29,853 nucleotides of DNA from an uncultured archaeon (lineage in GTDB: Archaea > Asgardarchaeota > Jordiarchaeia > Jordiarchaeales > Jordiarchaeaceae), in contig CAZECW010000202.1 in NCBI GenBank assembly GCA_964510585.1, positions 1 through 29,853 on the forward strand, read 5' to 3'. The position numbers and the translations under genes were made by a program. Numbering within the stretch: the first letter of the stretch is position 1; the number at the start of each line of letters is the position of its first letter. The notes beneath the pieces were generated by a model. The model was not told where the DNA came from. It made no database searches and saw only the letters and a program-made list of their open reading frames with translations. Shown one piece after another: positions 9,940-18,753 of the stretch.

Positions 9940-11016
9940 TTATTTTTCGCCAATTTCAACTGGAGCTTTTTTCTGTGCTAAAAAGTTTGACCCCACACCA
10001 TTGTATATGACTGAGGGAATACCGGTCGCCAAACAGTAGGCAAATCTGACAATGTGATCCAACAGTGCGAAGGCTACCCCTAAACTCAGAGGTAGAAACA
10101 ATGCAAACCCCAAACTAAGGGGCGTTAGGTAGCCAGAACCCAAGCCGAAGGGCCCAGCCAGAGAGAGTATGAAGCCCACACCGAACTCGTAAATTCCGAA
10201 TCCACCAGGTAGCAAAGGAAGCAACTTTGTGAAGAAACCAATGATGGAAGCCAGCAGACATATATCAATTGGTAAAAAGAATCCAGTGCTGCGAGTTACA
10301 AAAATGGTTGAGGTAGCGTCAAGAAGCCATATGGGAAAGGATAATAAAGCCACAACTCCTAGCATTTTAGGCTTGTGATATAGTTGCTCCATACCAGTTT
10401 TGAAACCCACAACAAATAAGTTCAGTTTTTCGTAAAGTTTGGGGGAGATACGCTCCGTAAAACCGATTAATCGTTCACCATACAAAATGAAGGCGAATAT
10501 TAGTCCAACTAGTACAAAGCCAAACACAAAAGCTATTAAAATAAAGTTACGATAATCATCAGGAATCACGGTATTTAGACAAATTATCCCAAAAAGAACT
10601 GATGCAATTAGCACCATCGCAAAAATGTCAAAGATTCTCTCCACAGCAATTGTGGAGGTGCTTTCTCCTAATGAGATTTCTCTATCCTTATCATATAGTA
10701 AGTATATTCTTACAATGTCCCCAATTTTTGCGGGTGTTACCTCATTTACAAACCATCCAGACCAGAGCATCGTTACCGTATAGGGAACACTAACGTTGTG
10801 GTTTGTAGCCTTTATAATTGACCTCCAACGAATCGCCCTCAGCACAAAAGTAAACGTATAAACCCCCACAAACACCATAATCCAGTACAGGTTCATGTTT
10901 TTAATGAGGAACAAGATAAGGTCTAACCCAATGTACTGCACCAGAAACACCAACACTATGGCAGTTACGATCGCCGCCACAACTCTAGCAATTGTCCACT
11001 TAGTTATTCTCAACAT
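9940..11016 (-). CDS. Flippase-like membrane protein (lysylphosphatidylglycerol synthase TM / UPF0104 family)
   Basis: LRAIRW, NEVTPAKIGDIVR, ERIFD, PGGFGIYE motifs and multiple TM segments. ATG at 11016 follows GGAGTG. Confidence 0.88.
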   Translation of the reverse strand: MLRITKWTIARVVAAIVTAIVLVFLVQYIGLDLILFLIKNMNLYWIMVFVGVYTFTFVLRAIRWRSIIKATNHNVSVPYTVTMLWSGWFVNEVTPAKIGDIVRIYLLYDKDREISLGESTSTIAVERIFDIFAMVLIASVLFGIICLNTVIPDDYRNFILIAFVFGFVLVGLIFAFILYGERLIGFTERISPKLYEKLNLFVVGFKTGMEQLYHKPKMLGVVALLSFPIWLLDATSTIFVTRSTGFFLPIDICLLASIIGFFTKLLPLLPGGFGIYEFGVGFILSLAGPFGLGSGYLTPLSLGFALFLPLSLGVAFALLDHIVRFAYCLATGIPSVIYNGVGSNFLAQKKAPVEIGEK

Positions 11017-11395
11017 CGCTACACTCCAAATCAAAATTACATTACCTAAATCTCAGAATAATATAAACTTTTAGATTACAACAATTAAAAACTTTAACCC
11101 CTCCACACAATAAAACTATATTTATAGCCCAAAACTCTCACGCAATGCTTAATTTTACGAATATGAAAGCTGGACATTGATGAAATGAATTTAGACACAT
11201 AATTACAAGGCGCTCACTCCTGGCACGTAAAACAGGAACCCGGCAACTAGAAGTCGCAAGCATAAAGTTTTGAAAAATTTTGTGCAGTTCAAAATACTGG
11301 AAAAATGTTAAGAATTGTTTACCTATTACTGGAAGAGTCTGAAAAACAGGCACCTCTTATTGAAGGGAAAGTTCGAAGGATTGACTAATTCATAA

Positions 11396-12799
11396 TCATT
11401 TTTGTGTTTTTCTTCTGTGGTAGTTGTAGAGTGCTGATAGAACCCTTGCTGCTTTTCTTGGTGTGGAATAAACTGCTATCCCCCTCTTTTCTAATTCTTG
11501 GGCGCTTTTTGTCCATTCTGCTGCGGCGTTTTCTACCGCGGCTGTGGTTCCTATGACAATTGTGGGCTTGTTTATTTTTACATTGTTAAATGCATCTCGG
11601 GGTTCAACTGTTCCCGTAAAGTGGGGTATTATCAAAACTAAAGAGTCTACGGATTCATCTTTAACCATGTATTCTAAGAGTAGGTTGTAGGCTTGTATGA
11701 TTCCCAAATTTTGGCAGGCTGTGAACATATCAACTGGATTATCCACTTTAAGCCAGCTTGCCGATATTTCTCTAATTTTTCTCATGGTTTCTTTTGAGAG
11801 TTCCGCAAGGTCTAAGCCGAATTCCTCGCAGGCATCCACAAGCAATGCGCCCAGTCCACCTGTAAAGGTTAGGATTCCAACCCTATTTCCCGTCAGTGGT
11901 GGAAGCACATTAAACCCTTTTGCTATGTCTGCCCATTCATCTAGGTCTACTGCTTGTATTAAGCCCGCCTGCTTAAAAGCTGCCTTATTAACCTCGTTTC
12001 TGCCAGCAAGCGAACCAGTATGCGCCTGAATGGCTTTTGAACCCTTCTCACTCACACCCGACTTCAGAACGATAACTGGTTTCTTTTGGGAGACATCACT
12101 TGCCACACGCATAAACCTCTTACCATCGCGCAATCCTTCTATGTGCAGGGCTATAACTTTCACAGTTGGGTCGTTTCCCAAATATTCTAGGGTGTCGGAA
12201 AAGTCCACATCGCACATGTTTGCTAAATCAATTATGTGGCTTACCCCTCCGAATACTTCGGAGTAATACTTGGCGCAGGCTATGAAGGTGCCTGTCTGAC
12301 TAACTATGGCAGCTCCACCGGGGATGATATCTTTATGGGGTGCAAAGGCGGTGTCCAATTTTTTCTTCATATTAAGAATTCCCTGAGAATTAGGGCCAAT
12401 TATCCTGATTTTGTACTTTTGGGCGGTTATAAGCATCTCTCTTTCTAATCTCTTACCCTCCTCTCCAGCATCAGAAAAGCCCGCCGCGGCAACTATAGCC
12501 CCTTTAACTCCCTTAGCCCCACAGTCTTCTAAAGCCTCAGGAACCAACTCCCGCGGTACAGCCAAACAAGCCAAATCCACAGTGCCAGGAACCTCAGAAA
12601 CTGAAGAGTAAACTTCGCAGCCATATATCTTTTCACCCTTAGCCCTAGGATTCACTGGATAAATTTCTCCCTCAAAACCGTTAACAAGATTCCAAACAAT
12701 AACATTACCAATCTTCATAGGTGTAGGTGAGGCACCCACCACCGCAACAGAATCCGGCTCCAAAAAACTTTTCAAAGGGGATTCACCAGCATCAGGCAT
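11396..12799 (-). CDS. acdA: ADP-forming acyl/acetate-CoA ligase alpha subunit
   Basis: CoA-binding VAVVGAS, IIGPNSQG, phospho-His motif HTGSLAG, and NPVD. Confidence 0.9.
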   Translation of the reverse strand: MPDAGESPLKSFLEPDSVAVVGASPTPMKIGNVIVWNLVNGFEGEIYPVNPRAKGEKIYGCEVYSSVSEVPGTVDLACLAVPRELVPEALEDCGAKGVKGAIVAAAGFSDAGEEGKRLEREMLITAQKYKIRIIGPNSQGILNMKKKLDTAFAPHKDIIPGGAAIVSQTGTFIACAKYYSEVFGGVSHIIDLANMCDVDFSDTLEYLGNDPTVKVIALHIEGLRDGKRFMRVASDVSQKKPVIVLKSGVSEKGSKAIQAHTGSLAGRNEVNKAAFKQAGLIQAVDLDEWADIAKGFNVLPPLTGNRVGILTFTGGLGALLVDACEEFGLDLAELSKETMRKIREISASWLKVDNPVDMFTACQNLGIIQAYNLLLEYMVKDESVDSLVLIIPHFTGTVEPRDAFNNVKINKPTIVIGTTAAVENAAAEWTKSAQELEKRGIAVYSTPRKAARVLSALYNYHRRKTQK

Positions 12800-13057
12800 T
12801 AAAGTCCCTCAAATAATAAACTATACCTTATTAGATGGGAAAAGCAGTTTCCAAAAGATGTATATAAATTTTGAGACAAGTTATCCCTTTTTTAGCTATA
12901 TTAAGGCGCGAACACTTTTTCAATCAAGTATCTATTGCTACGAGAAATATTTTCATTGTTTATAAGGGACTCATCTTTTGTAGTCCATTTAAACGATTTC
13001 TCGCAGAGTAAAACTTTATCTGAGAGGAGACTGAGAATCCCTTATGGTGGATTTAAT

Positions 13058-13861
13058 ATGGGTAGCAATCCTGGAAGATTGGAGATAGTGAAGAACCTAT
13101 TTTTACTATTGCTCTACTTGCTTGTGAATGTTATGTATGGATATGTGGCAGGTGTCCACCTAACTGAGCCGCACTTTCTATTCACGCCAATTGATTGGGC
13201 TATTCCTTTAAACCCGCCCTCTGTGGTTATTTACATTTACCTGTTCTATAGCTTTGTGTTCTTCGCACTACTTTACTATGCAACCTTACAGAGAGCGTAT
13301 TTTAACCAGTTGATTTTCTCCCTTATCACTATACACCTGGCATCATATGCTGTCTACATCATCTATCCCGTTATGATGATTCGACCCTACTGGGCGCCTA
13401 CAAGCCTTTTTGATTGGATCCTCTGGTACTATGTGAATCCTCAATACCTTCAAAATTGGTTGATTTATAACGCTATTCAGTCAAACCTGGACCCGTTCCA
13501 CTGGTCGCTCTGGATGGTCTACGCCAAAGATACGCCTTTAAACTGCTTCCCAAGCTTACACGCCGCAATATCAACTGTAATAGCTTACGGATTCTGGCAG
13601 GAAAAGAGAAGCTACGGCTGGATATCTTGGCCCATAGCCGTAGCAGTAATGATTTCCACCCTACTTGTGAGACAACACGTCATACTCGACGAAATATCAG
13701 GAGCCACACTTGCCCTAATCGTGGGCTACACATTCTATAAAAAGGTGTTTAAAACACCTAAAAACCAGCCCAAAAGTCCAAAGCCACTCCAAGCCATACT
13801 CATCCTAATAGTTGCAGAGACAGCATTTATTCTATACCTATACGTGTACTTCATACTATAA
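13058..13861 (+). CDS. PAP2-superfamily membrane protein, AUR1/inositol-phosphorylceramide-synthase-like subgroup
   Basis: NCFPSLH and RQHVILD catalytic motifs, YIIYPV segment, several TM helices. ATG at 13058 follows GGTGG (track start is 12935). Confidence 0.82.
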   Translation: MGSNPGRLEIVKNLFLLLLYLLVNVMYGYVAGVHLTEPHFLFTPIDWAIPLNPPSVVIYIYLFYSFVFFALLYYATLQRAYFNQLIFSLITIHLASYAVYIIYPVMMIRPYWAPTSLFDWILWYYVNPQYLQNWLIYNAIQSNLDPFHWSLWMVYAKDTPLNCFPSLHAAISTVIAYGFWQEKRSYGWISWPIAVAVMISTLLVRQHVILDEISGATLALIVGYTFYKKVFKTPKNQPKSPKPLQAILILIVAETAFILYLYVYFIL

Positions 13862-14099
13862 CCGTTATTTGAAATTCACATGTTTAAATTTTGACACTCC
13901 CGCGACTTGGTCAGAGGATTATCCTACCAACGTTTTTTATGGTAAAAAGTTTATGCACCCGCACCTGCGGCAAATTTTTAGGCGTGAATTATTTGATTTG
14001 GGAAAAATTTTCAGTCGCAAAAGGAAGAGCTAACCAAGTTGAGGAGTTAAATATATTATGTCTTTGTGTTTTCAATGTTTTTGTTGAGAGTGATGCCTG

Positions 14100-14498
14100 A
14101 TGCCTGACTGGGTGGAAATCTACAAGAAAGCCCCAGAACTCCTCGACAAGATACTATCGTGGGATGAGGTGGTTCTTTTTAAGGAAGCCTGCTCCTGCGA
14201 ATCAGGGGAAGACTTTAACGACGGCCTACTGGTGCTAACGAATCAAAATATTATTTTCATTAGAAGGGATAGCTTCGAGCCCGTATATGAAGTGGGGTTA
14301 AGAGCTCCAATTAAAAATATTTCATACATAACATATTCTGGTATTTTCTATCAAATGATTGAAATGGAAGTAGAGGTTGAGGGTTGTCTGAAAAAGTTCA
14401 ACTTTATGGACTTTACGACATATGTTAATGGTGAGAGAAAAGTATCTGAAATATGCGAGGAACTTCAAAAAATAATTGATACAGCCACCCAAAAATAA
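14100..14498 (+). CDS. Hypothetical protein, probable PH-like (GRAM/bPH) domain
   Basis: GLLVLTNQNIIFI motif, then further beta strands and a C-terminal amphipathic helix (VSEICEELQKII). Confidence 0.6.
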   Translation: MPDWVEIYKKAPELLDKILSWDEVVLFKEACSCESGEDFNDGLLVLTNQNIIFIRRDSFEPVYEVGLRAPIKNISYITYSGIFYQMIEMEVEVEGCLKKFNFMDFTTYVNGERKVSEICEELQKIIDTATQK

Positions 14499-14583
14499 TT
14501 AATAAGAAGAATCCAGCCCCTTGCAAGCCTTAAATTCGGGTTTAAATCAGATTCTTAGTTTTGAATAGAAAAATTTGATAAAA

Positions 14584-14621
14584 TTTAAATATTTTCTTGA
14601 TGTAAGTTTCAGAAGGAAACT
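14584..14621 (+). promoter_or_regulatory. Putative hsp20 promoter: TATA box with downstream inverted repeat
   Basis: TTTAAATA at 14584-14591 and AGTTTC-N5-GAAACT at 14605-14621, upstream of the ATG at 14660. Confidence 0.45.
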
Positions 14622-14659
14622 GATGGGAGCCCATTTAGTAGTAAAAGAGGTGCGGACTT

Positions 14660-15127
14660 ATGTTTTGGGAACGGGAACCTGAAGACGAGTTTGATAGATG
14701 GATGTACCGAATGATGAGAAGATTCTGGGGAAGATATCCAAAACATTTTACTTTTGAGTTTCCACCCTTCGGAAGGTTAAGGTTTGAACCCCCAACACCA
14801 GAAGTCAGAAGCATATATTCAGACATCCAAGAAACAGATAAAGAAATCATAATAGTAGCCGAACTACCCGGAGTAAAAAAGGAAGATATAAACATTAACG
14901 CCACAGAGAGTCAGGTAGAAATCTCAGCCGAGGTAAAGGAAGAAAAAGAAGAAGAGAGGCTGGAATATATCCAAAAGGAGAGAACACAAAAAAAATTTCA
15001 CCGCTCCTTCAAATTGCCTGTACAGGTCATACCAGAGAAGGCCACAGCAACCTACAAAAACGGCATACTGGAGCTTAGACTGCCAAAAAAGGAAACCAGA
15101 GAAAAAAGACCAATAAAAATAGATTAA
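14660..15127 (+). CDS. hsp20: Small heat-shock protein (Hsp20/alpha-crystallin)
   Basis: DIQETDKEIIIVAELPGVKKEDI, ATYKNGILELRLPK and the C-terminal IKI motif. Confidence 0.95.
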   Translation: MFWEREPEDEFDRWMYRMMRRFWGRYPKHFTFEFPPFGRLRFEPPTPEVRSIYSDIQETDKEIIIVAELPGVKKEDININATESQVEISAEVKEEKEEERLEYIQKERTQKKFHRSFKLPVQVIPEKATATYKNGILELRLPKKETREKRPIKID

Positions 15128-15189
15128 CCTGTGACCACAACCAGACCAAAAAATTTTCCGCAACCCAAAATCAAGATTCAAACTCTTTT

Positions 15190-15609
15190 TTATTCGCCGA
15201 TGATCTGAAGAATTATATTCCTGTTTCTTGCCCTTACGTCTAACTCTATGAAAACAATTTGTTGCCAGGTTCCCAAAAGGAGTTTCTTTTGAGTGTAGGG
15301 AACAGTTAAACTGGGGCCTATCAATGATGCCCTACAGTGGCTGTGCCCATTTCCGTCATGCCACCTTAATTCATGCTCGTAACCCATATTTTTGGGGGAG
15401 ATTCTCTCCAAAATCTTGGGAAAATCCTTCAGCAGTCCCGGCTCATATTCAATGGTGGTAACCGCACCAGTGGCACCGGGAACAAAGATAGTCACGATAC
15501 CACTTGTAGTTTGCGATTCAGAGACAGCCTTTTGTACCATGTCTGTTATATCGATAATCTGGACCTCACCCTGAGTTGAAAAACTAATTTTTTTAGTTTC
15601 AACGGTCAA
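15190..15609 (-). CDS. yjbQ: YjbQ/UPF0047 family protein
   Basis: GATGAVTTIEYEPG, NGHSHCRASLIG, LLLGTWQQI. TTG start at 15609 follows GAGGTG. Confidence 0.9.
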   Translation of the reverse strand: MTVETKKISFSTQGEVQIIDITDMVQKAVSESQTTSGIVTIFVPGATGAVTTIEYEPGLLKDFPKILERISPKNMGYEHELRWHDGNGHSHCRASLIGPSLTVPYTQKKLLLGTWQQIVFIELDVRARNRNIILQIIGE

Positions 15610-15953
15610 CCAAAACACCTCAACCAGCAAATTTATCTAAGTATTTGTAAGCCCCTTAAAATATAAGGATTTTATAAATCGGTTTTAGACTTCCTGATGC
15701 TTCTTGCGTTGTTTAGGCTTGCGAATCCTTAGGGGGAGGGTTACTTGTGTGAAATTTCCCACTTTTGGGAATTTAGTAATAATTGGAAAAATATAACGGA
15801 AACATATTTAAATATGAATTAATCTATACTATATTAGTCGCAAAAATTTAAGCACGTATTGCGAATATCTCAAAAGACACAAGTGAGGAAAAAACAAAAC
15901 AAGCAATCTAACTTAAAAAAATAAAGGGTTATAAGAAAGGTTGGTGTTGTGTT

Positions 15954-16334
15954 ATGCCCAAAAAATGGCGTGAAGAGCTTGAAGGATTATTGAAAGCGAT
16001 GGCTGATGCAGATCCTGATGTTGAAGCGTCCGCCGTAGTTAGAACCGACGGCCTAGTCATGGCTTCTGCATTACCCAAAGATGCAGATGAAGGTTTAATT
16101 GCTGCCATGAGTGCAGCCCTGCTCAACATTGGCAACAGAGCGGTAACTGAATTGAATCGCGGCACCCTTGACAAGGTTATTGTAAGTGGGACGAAAGGAG
16201 ACACCATCCTTCGTGGCGTGGGCTCCGAAGCTGTCCTATCAGCAATCACAAAGCCCGGTGCCAACATGGGGTTAGTTCTGGTTGAAATGCAGAGAACTGC
16301 TGCCAAAATTTCTGATGTGCTACGTTCCATGTGA
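15954..16334 (+). CDS. Roadblock/LC7 (MglB-like) domain protein
   Basis: ASAVVRTDGLVMASAL, IAAMSAALL, ELNRG, NMGLVLVEM. Confidence 0.93.
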   Translation: MPKKWREELEGLLKAMADADPDVEASAVVRTDGLVMASALPKDADEGLIAAMSAALLNIGNRAVTELNRGTLDKVIVSGTKGDTILRGVGSEAVLSAITKPGANMGLVLVEMQRTAAKISDVLRSM

Positions 16335-16361
16335 ACAGGGAGCGTAACAGCAATTAAGCCA

Positions 16362-16408
16362 TTTTATTTCTAAATTCCTATTTTATTTTTCTTTTTGTTT
16401 TAATTTTT
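16362..16408 (+). terminator. Oligo-T tract, likely archaeal intrinsic terminator of the roadblock gene
   Basis: Run of T tracts (TTTTATTTTTCTTTTTGTTTT) starting about 30 nt after the stop codon. Confidence 0.45.
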
Positions 16409-16761
16409 AGTTGTCAGTATTATATTATATATATATTTTAATATTAAGAAAACTTTAAATATCTAAAAGGCTATCCTAGATTAGGAAAGTATAACATTTT
16501 AATAAAGTCATAAACCGTTTAAACTGAAAAACAAATTTGAAAAGTAGTAGCATCATATGAAAAACATTCACAAATCAGTACGACAATAGCTTGATTGTGT
16601 TTCTGAGCCAGATCTCGAAGATAACCATAATTAAAATACTGTCTCAAACCGTGAAGGAGCCCACTTCAAGCGGCCTGTGCCTATAATTTAGAATAGAGCG
16701 CGGTATCATTTGAGAGTGGAAATGGATGGTCATGACTAAAAAATAAGGCGGTGAATGAGAG

Positions 16762-17031
16762 GTGCCCAAAACAATTGTCTTTGAAAGATTGAAAGAGCTC
16801 TTATCCGAGGTTGAGAGGGAGGATCCTAAGGACTTGGAGGTTAAATTGGAAAATTGCTGGGAAGAATGTTGGGCTAAGGAACGCGATTCGGAGCTCCCCC
16901 CAGAGCTTGTATCGGAAAATAAAAGAATACTCCAAGAAATAGCTATAGCCATCGAAACATATCAGGCAGGTATTATTGACACGAAAAAATTGCAAAAAAT
17001 CAAAACACGCCTTATTGAAAATCCGCTCTAA
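16762..17031 (+). CDS. Hypothetical acidic helical protein (89 aa)
   Basis: GTG start with upstream GGTGA and a charged helical composition. No family recognised. Confidence 0.6.
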   Translation: MPKTIVFERLKELLSEVEREDPKDLEVKLENCWEECWAKERDSELPPELVSENKRILQEIAIAIETYQAGIIDTKKLQKIKTRLIENPL

Positions 17032-17450
17032 AAGGTCTAATCAATACTAATTTAGGTCATAATTTTTAGATATTTCAATTTACTCACCGAAGCCTAATCT
17101 AAATCCATAATAAAAGGTGTGTTAGCTAAGATTTGAACTGTTTCTCACAAAATTTATATTAATGAGAGATAAATTGGGCAATCCTTTCGGAATACGCAAT
17201 TATTTTAAGGAATGCTTGAACTCCATATTACACAGATTTAAGAAGCTTGGAAATGCGGAGCCTTTTATTCTTATGCCTACGTTTCTTTGATATGCGACGT
17301 TAATTTGAGATGTGAAAAATTCAATGTATGACGAGTTACTGACAACGCAAATGTTCTAGAGGACCGAATAGAATCCTTGAAATATTTTGTGTTAATAATA
17401 ATTTTTCTTGCGGCAAATATTATGTTTTGATATTTGGGGATTTATTCTTA

Positions 17451-18632
17451 TTAAAAATTAGTGTTAATTTTTTTGTGGAGAATGTTTTGTAAGTCTATTA
17501 CTTTTTGAGTGTATTTCGGCCAATATTTGTCCACGATTTCAATTTCCTTAACGGTTATTTCGTACTGTTCTCTTAGAACTGGACTATTGAGGTAATCTGC
17601 TAGGCTTCTTACTGATTCGATGTTTTCCTTTACTCTTTTATGTATTTTTTCTACGAGTAGTATTTCGTTTCTGGCCTGCACTAATCCAAATTCCAGATCC
17701 TCCAGCGAAAAACTCGGGGGGATTAAGTCGTCCATTTTTATTTCCGACTTTAAATATGATTGGAATTTTTTACCAGCCTCCTCCTCGCTACCCCAAAGAA
17801 TGGCTAAAATTGTAATAAAAGAAGCTTTTATGTGTTCGGCCTCTTTGGCTCTGCATTTAGCCAAGGTAATCAAATCTTGTTTTAATTGCCTAAAAACTTC
17901 AAATAGTACATTGATATTTTCCAAGCGGAAATCGAGTCTATCGCCGAAAGCGTTACTTAAATAATTGGCCAGGCTTCTTATATTGTTTCCAAAAACTACA
18001 AAGTCGTTAATTATTCTTGAAATTTGATTAGAGTAGTCGAAGATATCGGCCTCTCTTTCCACAGTTGAGAAAAAAAGGTTTAACCTTTTCTGTATTTCGT
18101 CCCAGTCATTTTTCTGCTTTTCAATCTCTTCTAGAAATGTATTTAGTACGCCTGATTTCAAGAAACCGGAAACCTTCCCGAGATCCTCCATTTTTTCAAG
18201 TGTATCTTTTATTGTTTCGATAAGTTGTGGGTATATTAACTCTTCTGTGGTTCTCACTTGGAATTTTAAGAACCTCAAATCAATGGCATCTGGGTTTATG
18301 AAATCTTCCAACTTACTTTTTTGACCTAAAATTTCAGAATAATTTGTAATATCAAAGGCAAGGACTAAGTTCGAGAAAAGGTCTAATCCCTTAACAATAA
18401 CCTCAATATAATCCTCCACAAGCAACACTAGTTTTGTAACAACTTCAGCAGAAACCTGGAAAGTTTCAACCAAAAATCCAAATTTATATTTTTCAAATGA
18501 CGCCCCAACCCTCGAAGAAACATTTTTGTCCAGTGAATGAATCGCAAAAACAATTTCTGTTATTATCTCGCAAACTTTTTTCAACAGGTTTTTTACGTCT
18601 ATGTCGAATTTTTGCAAACAAATTTTCCCCAC
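17451..18632 (-). CDS. Hypothetical all-alpha / coiled-coil-rich protein (393 aa)
   Basis: Long uninterrupted ORF in AT-rich DNA with amphipathic helical periodicity. No catalytic motif recognised. Confidence 0.75.
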   Translation of the reverse strand: MGKICLQKFDIDVKNLLKKVCEIITEIVFAIHSLDKNVSSRVGASFEKYKFGFLVETFQVSAEVVTKLVLLVEDYIEVIVKGLDLFSNLVLAFDITNYSEILGQKSKLEDFINPDAIDLRFLKFQVRTTEELIYPQLIETIKDTLEKMEDLGKVSGFLKSGVLNTFLEEIEKQKNDWDEIQKRLNLFFSTVEREADIFDYSNQISRIINDFVVFGNNIRSLANYLSNAFGDRLDFRLENINVLFEVFRQLKQDLITLAKCRAKEAEHIKASFITILAILWGSEEEAGKKFQSYLKSEIKMDDLIPPSFSLEDLEFGLVQARNEILLVEKIHKRVKENIESVRSLADYLNSPVLREQYEITVKEIEIVDKYWPKYTQKVIDLQNILHKKINTNF

Positions 18633-18753
18633 ATAACATCCTACATCTAACTAACTAAGAATTGGGTTACGTTGTGTTTGACCTTAAATATATAATTGTG
18701 CTTAGACTTATTAAAATGATTCCAGGAAATATGAGGCAATAAGTAATTAGTGT

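Noticed and set aside
11138-11387. 71-aa minus-strand ORF, a 27-aa plus-strand ORF at 11305, and C/D-box-like words
   Set aside because: No SD site or family signal, and the box C-like and box D-like words are about 160 nt apart, too far for a typical sRNA.
12935-13057. N-terminal extension of the PAP2 ORF given in the track
   Set aside because: It covers promoter-like DNA. The ATG at 13058 has a good SD site.
17242-17430. Plus-strand frame with an internal TGA ending in a coiled-coil plus hydrophobic tail (VLEDRIESLKYFVLIIIFL), considered as a selenoprotein or SNARE-like remnant
   Set aside because: No start codon or SD site, it is short, and hydrophobic runs arise easily in T-rich DNA.
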